This document shows positions 1-9,009 of a stretch of DNA of 64,000 nucleotides, piece by piece. The stretch's first letter is position 1, and each line of letters begins with the position of its first letter. The notes under the pieces were generated by a model that saw only the letters and a program-made list of their open reading frames with translations, was not told the origin of the DNA and made no database searches. Source of the stretch: Campylobacter concisus (lineage in GTDB: Bacteria > Campylobacterota > Campylobacteria > Campylobacterales > Campylobacteraceae). Position numbers and translations under genes: made by a program. The stretch covers positions 2,196 to 66,195 of the forward strand of contig CAUUZE010000001.1 in NCBI GenBank assembly GCA_963549665.1. The letters are read 5' to 3'.

Positions 1-367
1 CACTAGCTATCTTTTTAGCTATCCCAAAAAGCGTTGTATTTTCCCAACTCACACGTCTTTTCTCTTTTGCAGGGCTTGCAAAATTTACAGCAGTTGCTCT
101 AACCTCTGTTGTGTTTGCTTTGTAGTCTCTGCTAGCCGTTTGCACGCTAAAAGAGCCACAAAGATAAAGATCATCTCCATATCCAAGCCATAGTTTTAAG
201 CTATCTCCAAATACTGGCTTTGCATATATACCAAATAGGGTAAAGCTGATTTCATCACTTTCATTGCCCTCTTTATCGGTAAAACTTAGACTTATTAGAT
301 TTTGTCTGATGGTGTTTGTTATGTCTTTACCGCTAGCTTCTAGCTTGAAAGCCGGTTTTTTCACCAT
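1..367 (-). CDS. Phage late control/tail protein D (P2 gpD-like), 5' part
   Basis: Own translation MVKKPAFKLEASGKDITNTIRQNLISLSFTDKEGNESDEIS..., open to window edge; follows gpX-like gene. Confidence 0.8.
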   Translation of the reverse strand, partial: MVKKPAFKLEASGKDITNTIRQNLISLSFTDKEGNESDEISFTLFGIYAKPVFGDSLKLWLGYGDDLYLCGSFSVQTASRDYKANTTEVRATAVNFASPAKEKRRVSWENTTLFGIAKKIAS

Positions 368-555
368 AGTTTTGCCTGCTCTTTCGCTACTTCTTTTATA
401 TCAGGCAAAAATACCCTATCACCTGCGTGAAGTGTTGTGCTAAGCTTTGGGTTTATAGTTAAGATTTGCTCAAAAAACCTTAGATGTCCGTAGTGGTTGT
501 AGGTTATAGTATCAAGCCTATCACCGTCTTTAGCTATGTAAATTTTATCCATCAT
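361..555 (-). CDS. Tail protein X (P2 gpX-like, LysM-like)
   Basis: YIAKDGDRLDTITYNHYG...GDRVFLP pattern; synteny. Confidence 0.85.
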   Translation of the reverse strand: MMDKIYIAKDGDRLDTITYNHYGHLRFFEQILTINPKLSTTLHAGDRVFLPDIKEVAKEQAKLW

Positions 556-919
556 AATCCCTTTTTAGCTCTAAACTAAAACTTTGCGTAAAAAATGCTC
601 CATTTGGAGTGAAAATCGCTTGTTTTTCACTGATTTTTACTATAACGAAACGACCAAAATACTTACCATTTCCATTTGTAAGTGGCAAGCTTTGACGTAA
701 GGCAGCTAAGGCATAAAGTGGTTTTAATGCGCCTTGTTTGTCGCCGTGATATGGTAGTGTTTGTCCCTCTATATTAAGTGCGCTGCTCCCTAAATTTGCA
801 CTAAATAAGGCTGGATAGTTTTGTATCCGCTCTTGCTCGCTTATGCCAAAGTCTGTTTGAGTGTCAATACTATTAGTTTGTTCCCATCTAAATTTAAACC
901 CACCAAGATTTAGTACCAT
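545..919 (-). CDS. Phage tail protein (P2 gpU-like)
   Basis: LNLGGFKF...GKYFGRFVI...FSLELKR; directly after tape measure. Confidence 0.85.
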   Translation of the reverse strand: MVLNLGGFKFRWEQTNSIDTQTDFGISEQERIQNYPALFSANLGSSALNIEGQTLPYHGDKQGALKPLYALAALRQSLPLTNGNGKYFGRFVIVKISEKQAIFTPNGAFFTQSFSLELKRDYDG

Positions 920-920
920 A

Positions 921-3149
921 TTATCCCCTTACATCCGTGTTTTTACGGTTAAACTCATCACGTCTTAGTGCGTCTTTAACGCCTTTTACTATTTGAGCCT
1001 TAAAACTCTCTAGGTCAAATTTGCCATTATCTGAGTTAAGTAAAAAATCACCATTAAAACTAATGTTGATAGCACCACCACCTGTGCTAGCTGCCACTAG
1101 AGCTGGAGCCTCTTTTGCATGAGTATCACTATCTGAGCCAAAAATAGAGTTAAAAAAGCCACCGCTATCATCTTTTGGTTTTAGCTCACTGCTTGCTTGC
1201 TCATCGTCTCCAAAGCCAAAGAATTCTTTTGTCTTGCTCCAAGCACTACTTAGCCCCTTAATGGCCTCACCGACCATGTCATTTATCCAGCCAAATTTCT
1301 CAGCTATCCAGTCAAAAAAGCCACCAAAGAGCTCATCCCATATCTTGATAACTGGCTCAAAAATAGCGCTTAAAAAGTCGCTCACTCCTTGCCAAAGATC
1401 GCTAAAAAACTTTGTCGTGCTCTCCCAATATGGCTTTACACTCTCCCATATCTCAAGAAAAAATGCCTTTACTTTTTCCCAATTTTCCATAAGATAGGCC
1501 GCTGCTGTGCCAAGAGCTACTACTATGGCACCAATGCCTGTGCTAATAAGAGCAAATTTCATAGTCCTTATAGCTAGAGTTGCTGCCATTAAGCCACTAC
1601 GCATTAAGGCACATGCTGCTGCAAAGGCCTTCGAGGCAGCACTATAAGCAGTAGTGATAGCTAGAGTTGCTCTTAGTCTTGCACCAACTAGCCAAATGCT
1701 AAATGCATGAGCTTTGGCAGCTAGTGTGGCACTTGCAATACTTGCAGCATGAGCCAACCATCTGAGTTTTGCTATTAAGAGCATAGGATTTAAAAATTTC
1801 ACTACCCTTATAACGCCCAAAAATCCATCTGCTACACTTAAAAGTGCTATCTTGCTAAGAAGCAATACCGGTTTAAAGATCATAAAGCCAGCTGCAGCGC
1901 TAACAACTATGGCACTTAGTCTTGGAAATTTTTCATTTAGCGAGCTTAACACTCCAGCTACCTTACTTAAGATAGAAGCTAATAAATTTGTAAGTGGTAA
2001 AAAGGTTTCTCCAAGGCTTGAACCTAGATTTCTCCATGCTTGCGTAACCCTTTCGATACCACTCTTTGTAGTGTTTAGCTTTGTTTGTAGCTCACGCTGC
2101 ATAGATCCTGTGGCTTCATCCGAGTGTGCCATTTTGATATTTGCTTTAAGAGCATCGATATTTGTTACAAGCCCCGCTATCTCATCGTTAAAATTTCCAC
2201 CAACTAGATCATAAAGTAGCCCTGCTTGCTTATCTTTATCGGCTCTAGAGATCGCTTCTAAAAACGTAGTTATAGCTCCAGCAGCATCTTTTTGTAGGGC
2301 TGTTTTTAGATATGTTGCATCCATGCCTATGCTTGCTAGCGCTTCTTGAAAATTTTTACCCTTTTTATCAGCCATTGAGAGTGTGGAGTAAAGAGCATTT
2401 AAGCTAGTGCCTACGACTGAGCTAGCTTTGCCAGTGCTTAACATTGTAGCACTTATGGCGCTGGCGCTTTTACTATCTAGGCCTATTAAGCTGGCATTTG
2501 CAGCTGTTAGCGAAGTAGCCTCAAATATATCAGAAGCATTTGCATTAGTAACCTTATTGTCGAGCAAGTTTACACTATCAAAAAAGCTATTAAGCTCCTT
2601 TATATCGTTCATCTTAAAGCCAACTTTCATATTATTGGCCGCCTTTGATAAGGCTTCAGAGCTCATTTCAAATGCAACTGACCCGGTTGCAAGCATCTTT
2701 GTATAAGTTACTAGCTCCTCACCAGCTAAATTTATCTTACCACCGCCAGCTGCAATGTCAGCTATATTACTAAAGCTCTCTCCAAGCTGTGAGCTTAGCC
2801 CTCTCATCTCATTTTTTAGTTTAGCTAGGTTCTCATCGCTATCATCAACATACTTTTTTACATTCGCAAAAGCCGCCTCATCATCAATGGCAAGTTTTAT
2901 TGGCACTCCTATGGCTACCGAGTTTGTAAGATTGCTAAAATTTGTCGTAAGTTCGCCTAAAAGTGCTTTTTGGCTCTCTCTTATTTGGCTAGATAGATTT
3001 GATAACCTAGTGTTATCTAAAGATGTTATGGCTTTTTTTGCTTCTGCTATCTTACCTTTTAAACCATCAAACCCTTTTTTTAGCTCTGATATTTTACTTA
3101 GCCCTTTTACTGCTAGACCAATACTAATACCAACTTGTGCGTTATCCAT
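921..3149 (-). CDS. Tail tape measure protein
   Basis: 742 aa, Ala-rich helical, NWEKVKAFF...W repeats, position in tail operon. Confidence 0.93.
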   Translation of the reverse strand: MDNAQVGISIGLAVKGLSKISELKKGFDGLKGKIAEAKKAITSLDNTRLSNLSSQIRESQKALLGELTTNFSNLTNSVAIGVPIKLAIDDEAAFANVKKYVDDSDENLAKLKNEMRGLSSQLGESFSNIADIAAGGGKINLAGEELVTYTKMLATGSVAFEMSSEALSKAANNMKVGFKMNDIKELNSFFDSVNLLDNKVTNANASDIFEATSLTAANASLIGLDSKSASAISATMLSTGKASSVVGTSLNALYSTLSMADKKGKNFQEALASIGMDATYLKTALQKDAAGAITTFLEAISRADKDKQAGLLYDLVGGNFNDEIAGLVTNIDALKANIKMAHSDEATGSMQRELQTKLNTTKSGIERVTQAWRNLGSSLGETFLPLTNLLASILSKVAGVLSSLNEKFPRLSAIVVSAAAGFMIFKPVLLLSKIALLSVADGFLGVIRVVKFLNPMLLIAKLRWLAHAASIASATLAAKAHAFSIWLVGARLRATLAITTAYSAASKAFAAACALMRSGLMAATLAIRTMKFALISTGIGAIVVALGTAAAYLMENWEKVKAFFLEIWESVKPYWESTTKFFSDLWQGVSDFLSAIFEPVIKIWDELFGGFFDWIAEKFGWINDMVGEAIKGLSSAWSKTKEFFGFGDDEQASSELKPKDDSGGFFNSIFGSDSDTHAKEAPALVAASTGGGAINISFNGDFLLNSDNGKFDLESFKAQIVKGVKDALRRDEFNRKNTDVRG

Positions 3150-3169
3150 ATCTTTCCTTTAAAATACGA

Positions 3170-3191
3170 TATAATCCCTTTTAAAAAGGAT
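3170..3191 (+). promoter_or_regulatory. Sigma70 -10 box and RBS of an antisense moron
   Basis: TATAAT at 3170-3175, AAGGA ending 3190, ATG at 3197. Confidence 0.6.
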
Positions 3192-3196
3192 TTAAA

Positions 3197-3364
3197 ATGG
3201 CTTTAATCATTCCTATTTTTATCGTTTTATTCTTCTTCGTTTCACCAAGTGGCTTTTTTGAAACGTTTATTGCCTTAGTTTTTGGCTTAGGGATACTTGG
3301 CAGCCTTATTGGCGCCGCTGGTTTAGCATTAGGTAAAACCAAAGAAGTTATAACTCGTTCTTAG
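3197..3364 (+). CDS. Small two-TM membrane protein, moron (55 aa, not in ORF track)
   Basis: MALIIPIFIVLFFFVSPSGFFETFIALVFGLGILGSLIGAAGLALGKTKEVITRS; own -10 and RBS; opposite to tail operon. Confidence 0.7.
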   Translation: MALIIPIFIVLFFFVSPSGFFETFIALVFGLGILGSLIGAAGLALGKTKEVITRS

Positions 3365-3506
3365 CCTTTAAGATCTTTACTGAAATTTCTAAAAACTCAC
3401 TAAAATCACTCAAACTAAGATTTATTATCTCGCTATATCCATAGCCTAAAACATGAGCTATAAGGGCGATATTTTCGTTATTTACTCCGCCCTTACATCT
3501 AAAAAA
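3348..3506 (-). CDS. Tail assembly chaperone -1 frameshift extension (gpE'-like)
   Basis: -1 frame after T TTT TTA reads RCKGGVNNENIALIAHVLGYGYSEIINLSLSDFSEFLEISVKILKAKNEL*. Confidence 0.7.
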   Translation of the reverse strand, partial: FFRCKGGVNNENIALIAHVLGYGYSEIINLSLSDFSEFLEISVKILKAKNEL

Positions 3507-3706
3507 TCATTTAACACCTTTTGTAAAGACATAAATTCTTTAAACTCCAAATTTTCAACTTCATCTTGTGTCTTATTACAAAGTGCAGCTATCATATAGA
3601 TAGTTTTTGCCATATCGCTACCACCATTTTCATCCGCCATCTTAATGGTTCTTACTTTTGGTGCGTGCATTTGCCAAATTTCATCTTTTATCTTTATCTC
3701 TTTCAT
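3482..3706 (-). CDS. Tail assembly chaperone (P2 gpE/Mu gp41-like)
   Basis: Between tube and tape measure; slippery heptamer near 3' end. Confidence 0.85.
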   Translation of the reverse strand: MKEIKIKDEIWQMHAPKVRTIKMADENGGSDMAKTIYMIAALCNKTQDEVENLEFKEFMSLQKVLNDFLDVRAE

Positions 3707-3778
3707 TCTTGTATCCTTTTGTTGTTTTTACCTGCTTGGCTACATATCAAAGTAAAACAAGCAGGCTTAGTATAAAAA

Positions 3779-4291
3779 TCACTCTCCTAAATTTGAGCGA
3801 ACCCCTGCCATATAATCAACTCCGCCTATAACGCATATCATATTTTCACTATCTTTTAGCACCATCGGCACACCATCTACATTGATGTCCACAAAATGAG
3901 CTGATAGCTTAATAGTAACTTCTAGCTCTTTTCCGCTTTCAAACTCAGATACTTCATAACTGATAATATCTCCAGTAAAGGCTGCACTAAAAGGCACAGT
4001 TTTGCTTTTGCCGCTTTGAAAAATGCTAGCTTTGAAAAGCCACGGAATGCGGTTAGTAAAGCTGTTTAGTCCTAAATTTACCCACATGTTTTTATCCAGC
4101 ACACTAACTGTAAATTCAACCTCTGTTGCCTTTAGCATGCCAGTTGTGTAATTTGTGCTAAGAGCTCCTTTGCTCTCTATCATTTCAAACTCTATTGTGG
4201 GAAGCTTAAGCTTTTTTGTTACACCAAGATAGCCGATGCCATCTATATAAACGTTACCTTCTTGAATTACTTGAGGAATTTGTCTTTTCAT
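3779..4291 (-). CDS. Major tail tube protein (P2 FII-like)
   Basis: NVYIDGIGYLG...LKLPTI motif; follows sheath. Confidence 0.9.
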   Translation of the reverse strand: MKRQIPQVIQEGNVYIDGIGYLGVTKKLKLPTIEFEMIESKGALSTNYTTGMLKATEVEFTVSVLDKNMWVNLGLNSFTNRIPWLFKASIFQSGKSKTVPFSAAFTGDIISYEVSEFESGKELEVTIKLSAHFVDINVDGVPMVLKDSENMICVIGGVDYMAGVRSNLGE

Positions 4292-4303
4292 TGTTTATCT
4301 CCT

Positions 4304-5467
4304 TTATTTGTTTAACTCATCCATCAAAACGCTACCGTATTTATCCACGTAGATAAAATCAAGTGTAAGCTGCTTAACGATTGGATTGTTTTGCATTCTG
4401 ACATCAAGGTAAAATTTACCAGCCGTGATAGTTGCGTCAGTGTTTTTTGCACTCCAGCTAAGCTCATATCCAAGAAGTACCTTTGCTCCAACTAGCTGAC
4501 GAAGGAGCTCGCTAACTGATCTTTTTGCATGATAAAGCTCACTAGCTTTTCTATCGATCGCAAAAAGCACTCCCTTTTGGCAAGCTTGCGAAATACGATC
4601 AAATATCCTAACACGTGCTAGATCTTGCCAAATAGTATCTTGGTCACTCGTTTCGCCACCCCAAGCCCTAAAGCCACTCTCTCTGATAATGGTAGAAATT
4701 TTTGCTGCCCTTAGCTCATCAGCTGTACAAGTCTCACCTAACTCAAAATCCACGTCTATTTGCGTGCCTGAAACTCCTATCATAACCCTGTTTGAATAGC
4801 TATCTGAGTATCCAAACTCGCTTGCGCCATCTGTGTGGGCTATCATGCCGGCTATTCTCGCACTTTGCCCCTCATAGACATAAGCGTTCGTTTCATCATC
4901 CCAAACCTTGACATTTGGATAAGCGGCAACTAGCCTATTTGTACCAAAATCGCCCATTTTAACAATGGCTGCTGCTGCATCATCTGCTTTTATATCTACA
5001 ATGCCGGTTGCTTTTAGCCTAGTTGCCATCTTTTCTATCTCGCCTTTAATCGCATCTTCATGGCTAAAACCAGGCGCGATTATTAAATTTGGACTATAAC
5101 CAAAGCGTGATTTAGCTTTAGCAAACGCTGTGACGGCACTTTTGCACTCCGTGATCTCATCGTTTGTGTCCTCATCGTCATCTTTTGTAAATACACTTAA
5201 AATTATTTGAGTATTTACGGCCTGATCTTCAATACCTTTTAAAGCCCTATAAATAGAGCCTTTTTTAAAAGTTTGGCTCGCATCCTTTTTAGCTTTGTAT
5301 TTTGCCTCTAATGCTTCAAGCGCCTTTGCTGTTGTCATATAAAAATGTAGGCCATTTTCTAGCACCTCTTCATACCCTGCTATACCAATAGGTGTAGTAC
5401 TTTCTACTGCTATTGGTCTTGCTGCCTCAGCTGATACGGTTACGTTTACACCAAATTTTGCTGCCAT
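4304..5467 (-). CDS. Tail sheath protein (P2 FI-like)
   Basis: PNLIIAPGFS and GFRAWG motifs; start at MAAKFGV after AAGGAG. Confidence 0.92.
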   Translation of the reverse strand: MAAKFGVNVTVSAEAARPIAVESTTPIGIAGYEEVLENGLHFYMTTAKALEALEAKYKAKKDASQTFKKGSIYRALKGIEDQAVNTQIILSVFTKDDDEDTNDEITECKSAVTAFAKAKSRFGYSPNLIIAPGFSHEDAIKGEIEKMATRLKATGIVDIKADDAAAAIVKMGDFGTNRLVAAYPNVKVWDDETNAYVYEGQSARIAGMIAHTDGASEFGYSDSYSNRVMIGVSGTQIDVDFELGETCTADELRAAKISTIIRESGFRAWGGETSDQDTIWQDLARVRIFDRISQACQKGVLFAIDRKASELYHAKRSVSELLRQLVGAKVLLGYELSWSAKNTDATITAGKFYLDVRMQNNPIVKQLTLDFIYVDKYGSVLMDELNK

Positions 5468-5481
5468 TTTTATTCTCCTTT

Positions 5482-6108
5482 TTAATTTGCTTTTTTGAAT
5501 GGGTTTATACACCACACTGTTTTTAGATGTTTCTTATCATCTCCTTGAGTGAACTCTTTAAAATTTAAGGCATTTGCCCCTGCTATATCCATAAGTTTCC
5601 ATCCGACATAAATACGACAATAAAAGCCACTTAAAAAGCCTTTGTATCGGACTACTTTATAAAGTCCAAAACGCTCCCTGCCATCTTTTAAAGTGCAAGT
5701 AACTTTACAAAACCCACTCTTTTTACCACCATTACTGGCAATATTGGGATCGCCTAAAGTTTCTATGCTATATGGATTTACATCATCTACTTTGACGCCG
5801 TTAATCTCACTCGAAAAGCGTCCTATCTTATTACGTAAGAGCCAAAGAAGCCTTGCTTTATACGTTCTATTGACTGGCTCAGGATAGTGCTTCTCTCTCC
5901 AGCCACTATCACCATTGATAGCAGCACACTTACCATCGTAATAGTCGTTTGCATCTTCAAACCACCTAAATATCTTTGGCAGATGTTCATCATCTTTTTT
6001 ACAAAATAGTAATGCGACTGGCACGACCACAAATGCAAGCAACTCAAGCACAAGTTCCACTGAAATGATCGTTATAAGCTGCAATATCTCTTTACTCTTT
6101 AGCATCAT
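5482..6108 (-). CDS. Phage hypothetical membrane protein
   Basis: N-terminal TM segment; start moved to MMLKSKE because the upstream part belongs to another ORF. Confidence 0.65.
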   Translation of the reverse strand: MMLKSKEILQLITIISVELVLELLAFVVVPVALLFCKKDDEHLPKIFRWFEDANDYYDGKCAAINGDSGWREKHYPEPVNRTYKARLLWLLRNKIGRFSSEINGVKVDDVNPYSIETLGDPNIASNGGKKSGFCKVTCTLKDGRERFGLYKVVRYKGFLSGFYCRIYVGWKLMDIAGANALNFKEFTQGDDKKHLKTVWCINPFKKAN

Positions 6109-6259
6109 TTTCCTTTTTTGACTTCTTGTTTGGCTTCTCATTCTCTTTTGTTTCGCTCTGTTTGTATTCTGGGCATTTAGGACACTCGCTCCAAGTGCAA
6201 GCACCGTTTTTATCCAGCTTTGATGCGCAAATTTCGCACCTTTTTACTTTTACTCTCAT
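6092..6259 (-). CDS. Small Cys-rich (zinc-finger-like) protein, 55 aa, not in ORF track
   Basis: MRVKVKRCEICASKLDKNGACTWSECPKCPEYKQSETKENEKPNKKSKKENDAKE; ATGA overlap with upstream stop. Confidence 0.6.
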   Translation of the reverse strand: MRVKVKRCEICASKLDKNGACTWSECPKCPEYKQSETKENEKPNKKSKKENDAKE

Positions 6260-6522
6260 TTCCTATCCTTTTGTGTTGGTCTAGTTTGAACCACATCTGT
6301 GAATTCGTCTTTGTCTAAGTACCAGAATGGTTTTTTACCGTCTGGGTATTGCATTTTTGCAAAGTCGTCAGGGTGTGTTGCCAAGTGGCTAAACACTCGT
6401 AAAATGTTTGTCATATTGCTATTATCCCAACCCTCGCACTTGCGTGCTCTTAAAAAGATCACGATAGGGCAAAGTAAAATGCCCAAGATTAGGGATAGCA
6501 CACAGATTAAAAAATAGCCCAT
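6256..6522 (-). CDS. Phage hypothetical membrane protein
   Basis: Start MGYFLICVLSLILG after GGAG; one TM segment. Confidence 0.65.
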   Translation of the reverse strand: MGYFLICVLSLILGILLCPIVIFLRARKCEGWDNSNMTNILRVFSHLATHPDDFAKMQYPDGKKPFWYLDKDEFTDVVQTRPTQKDRK

Positions 6523-6619
6523 CTTTTCTCCTATATTGGTAAGTTCATTTTCCATATTATGTATCCTAAGCATATTAAGACACCTATAATTAGTGATATT
6601 CCACAAGCTAGTACATAGC

Positions 6620-6922
6620 TCAATTTCTTAACTCCTCTCTTTGCACTATTAGCTCTTTTAACTCCGCCCTTAAGCTCTCTAGCACGGCGGTGTTACCGAT
6701 AATAAGAGCATGCTTTATATCATCCTCACATTCTTTTATATCCGCTTCAAGCTGTGCTAAGGCCTTAGCTTTTTCATCTACCTTTGGCTCTAAAAGTTTA
6801 TTTGCCTCATCGTCACTTATTGGAGTTAGCCCTAGCTCTTTTATTCTTTGATTTAGTAGCTCTTCGCTTATGTCATCTTCATAAGCAAAACATTCATTAT
6901 TCGTATTTTTATATCGTTTCAT
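6620..6922 (-). CDS. Probable tail fibre assembly/chaperone protein
   Basis: Directly after the fibre gene; MKRYKNTNNECFAY start, coiled C-terminus. Confidence 0.55.
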   Translation of the reverse strand: MKRYKNTNNECFAYEDDISEELLNQRIKELGLTPISDDEANKLLEPKVDEKAKALAQLEADIKECEDDIKHALIIGNTAVLESLRAELKELIVQREELRN

Positions 6923-6931
6923 CTTTGCTCC

Positions 6932-8377
6932 TTATCTTAGTTCAGCCCAGTATACGATTGCGTATCGATCTGAGTCTGGAATGATTTTATATGTTGCTTT
7001 AGGTGGAACTATGAAATTTATAATACATCTATCTGGCTCATCGTGAGTTAGTATCTTTTTATTGTTTATGAGCACATCAAAATTCACTTTATATGCATTG
7101 TTTATCACCAAATAAAGATATATTGGTTTATTTGTAGTGTTTTCATAGTTTTCGTTCATTCTTTTTTGTGATGTAACGTTTTTATATTCTTGCCCTATGC
7201 CTAGCCCTTTATTTGCCTCTATCGCATCACTCACGGCTTTTTCGGTGACTGCTGCATCCTCTTGTTTGGCGGTTATGGCATTTTTGAGTTTTGTGATACC
7301 TGCTTTTGTTTCGGTGGCAAGTATAGTTTTATCAATTTGTCCAGCTATTGGAGTATTGACGTTTTTTGCTTTTATGATGACCACTACTGCCATATTGTAT
7401 GGGCGATTTTCGTTTGCAGGTTTAGATGTTGCAAATATTGGCTTGTCTTCTTTACCGGCAACACTTTTGTAGGCTATATCAGTGCCCGTATTAGAATATG
7501 TATATTGAACAGCTCTATAATCGTTTCCTGTAGTACCATAAACATTTCTATTACCTAGGTTATCTGTTACTATACTCCTAAGTTGTAAGCTATTTACATC
7601 AATAGCGTCTTGTTGAACTACACCTAATCCTGCAGCGTTTCCACCTATAGATCTCATAAATTTGCCATCGGCGAAATTAGGTAAATTAAAGTTTTCTCCA
7701 GAGCCACCATATATGTAACCCAATACATTAAATAGCTCTGGATATTCTGACTTCTTAAGGCTTCTGCCATCAGCTATCAAAAAGCCAGCAGGGATAGTCT
7801 TTTGGCTTGGATAGCTTAGATACGCGCCTATTGGCAAGCCATCCGTTAGCTCGGTTTTTAGAGCAAATTTATCGTCGCTCTCTCGTTTGGTATACGCGTC
7901 TATCTTGTCTTTTATCTTAAGAAACATCTTTTCACACCATTTTCTGGTTGCTAACACTATATTGTTATCAACCTTTAAAATGATGCTCTCGCTCGCGTTT
8001 GCGATTTGGAGTTTAAAATTTAGTGTTATATCTTTGCTTGACCCCTCGTTCAAAAGGGGCTTATAAGTATCTGCTAACCTTGCAATTGCAAAGAGCGAGC
8101 CATCATCACAGTATATGCCAGCCGTTTTTATATAAAATCCGCCAACTTCAGGCGGTATTACCACATCAACATCAAGAATATTGCTATCACTCTCGTCTAT
8201 CGTTACGGCGTTTATAGCTCCTCTATATTTCTCATTTGGTATTGATGCCGTCTGCTCGCTTAACTCTCCATCGTAATCGCTTACTACAATTTCTTTTAAT
8301 GCGATCTTTGATCCGTCGCTAGCAGTTTTTAAAAGTTTATTTATGCCACTAACTGTTAAAAGTGTGTATTGCTTCAT
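6932..8377 (-). CDS. Tail fibre protein (P2 gpH-like N-terminus, tail collar domain)
   Basis: IPPEVGGFYIKTAGIY; collar motif PIGAYL...PAGFLIADGR...YPELF...FNLP; ENRPYN. Confidence 0.9.
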   Translation of the reverse strand: MKQYTLLTVSGINKLLKTASDGSKIALKEIVVSDYDGELSEQTASIPNEKYRGAINAVTIDESDSNILDVDVVIPPEVGGFYIKTAGIYCDDGSLFAIARLADTYKPLLNEGSSKDITLNFKLQIANASESIILKVDNNIVLATRKWCEKMFLKIKDKIDAYTKRESDDKFALKTELTDGLPIGAYLSYPSQKTIPAGFLIADGRSLKKSEYPELFNVLGYIYGGSGENFNLPNFADGKFMRSIGGNAAGLGVVQQDAIDVNSLQLRSIVTDNLGNRNVYGTTGNDYRAVQYTYSNTGTDIAYKSVAGKEDKPIFATSKPANENRPYNMAVVVIIKAKNVNTPIAGQIDKTILATETKAGITKLKNAITAKQEDAAVTEKAVSDAIEANKGLGIGQEYKNVTSQKRMNENYENTTNKPIYLYLVINNAYKVNFDVLINNKKILTHDEPDRCIINFIVPPKATYKIIPDSDRYAIVYWAELR

Positions 8378-8388
8378 TTATCTGTCCT

Positions 8389-9009
8389 TTATCTTGTTAA
8401 AACTCTTATTGCATCGATTGGTATGCTTATGATCTCGTTTATCTGCGTAGTAGCTCCTACTTTAAAGCTTGCTCTTTGGCTTATATTTGAGACCACATAA
8501 GGATCTACGCTTATGTTTTCACCGCTAAATGTGTAAGAGTAAGCCTTTAAATTTATGCTAGCAGTCGCTTTTATGCTTGCTCCATCATATACGCTACGCA
8601 CGTTTTTGTAGGTGTTTATGATCTCATCAGATCTCTTTAGCGTCTGTGGGCTTACTCCATTTTTACTTGCATCAAGCTCTAGTTTGAAGTGATAAGGTAG
8701 TCCTGCATAATCAAACCACTCTTTAACCTTGGCATCTGCATAAAGTGCGCTTAATGCTTTATTTAGACTATAAAAAGTGCCTGAGTAGTAATGTATCTCA
8801 AAAGCATTTCTTATGAGCTCTCTAGCTTCATTTTCGTTTAGTCCATCAATATCTACATCAAAGCTAGCTGAGAGCACTGGCAGTAAATTTTTTGGAGCTT
8901 TGCTTGCAAGAGTATTTATGACACCAATGTCTAAATCCTCAAATCTTACGCCAAAAAGTAAGTCAAATTTCTTATCAAATTTGCTTTTGTGATTAGGCAG
9001 CAAGCTCAT
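8389..9009 (-). CDS. Tail/baseplate protein I (P2 gpI-like)
   Basis: SLLPN start, KEWFDY..PYHF, KNVRS. Confidence 0.88.
   Translation of the reverse strand: MSLLPNHKSKFDKKFDLLFGVRFEDLDIGVINTLASKAPKNLLPVLSASFDVDIDGLNENEARELIRNAFEIHYYSGTFYSLNKALSALYADAKVKEWFDYAGLPYHFKLELDASKNGVSPQTLKRSDEIINTYKNVRSVYDGASIKATASINLKAYSYTFSGENISVDPYVVSNISQRASFKVGATTQINEIISIPIDAIRVLTR

Noticed and set aside
1234..3162. Several plus-strand ORFs over the tape measure gene, and similar antisense ORFs elsewhere (e.g. 14228-14686, 25190-25551, 60755-61063)
   Set aside because: Antisense shadows of well-supported genes, with no RBS or protein-like features
6932..8377. Possible invertible tail fibre or diversity-generating retroelement
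   Set aside because: No invertase, second fibre end, reverse transcriptase or template repeat seen in the window; the missing prophage part cannot be assessed
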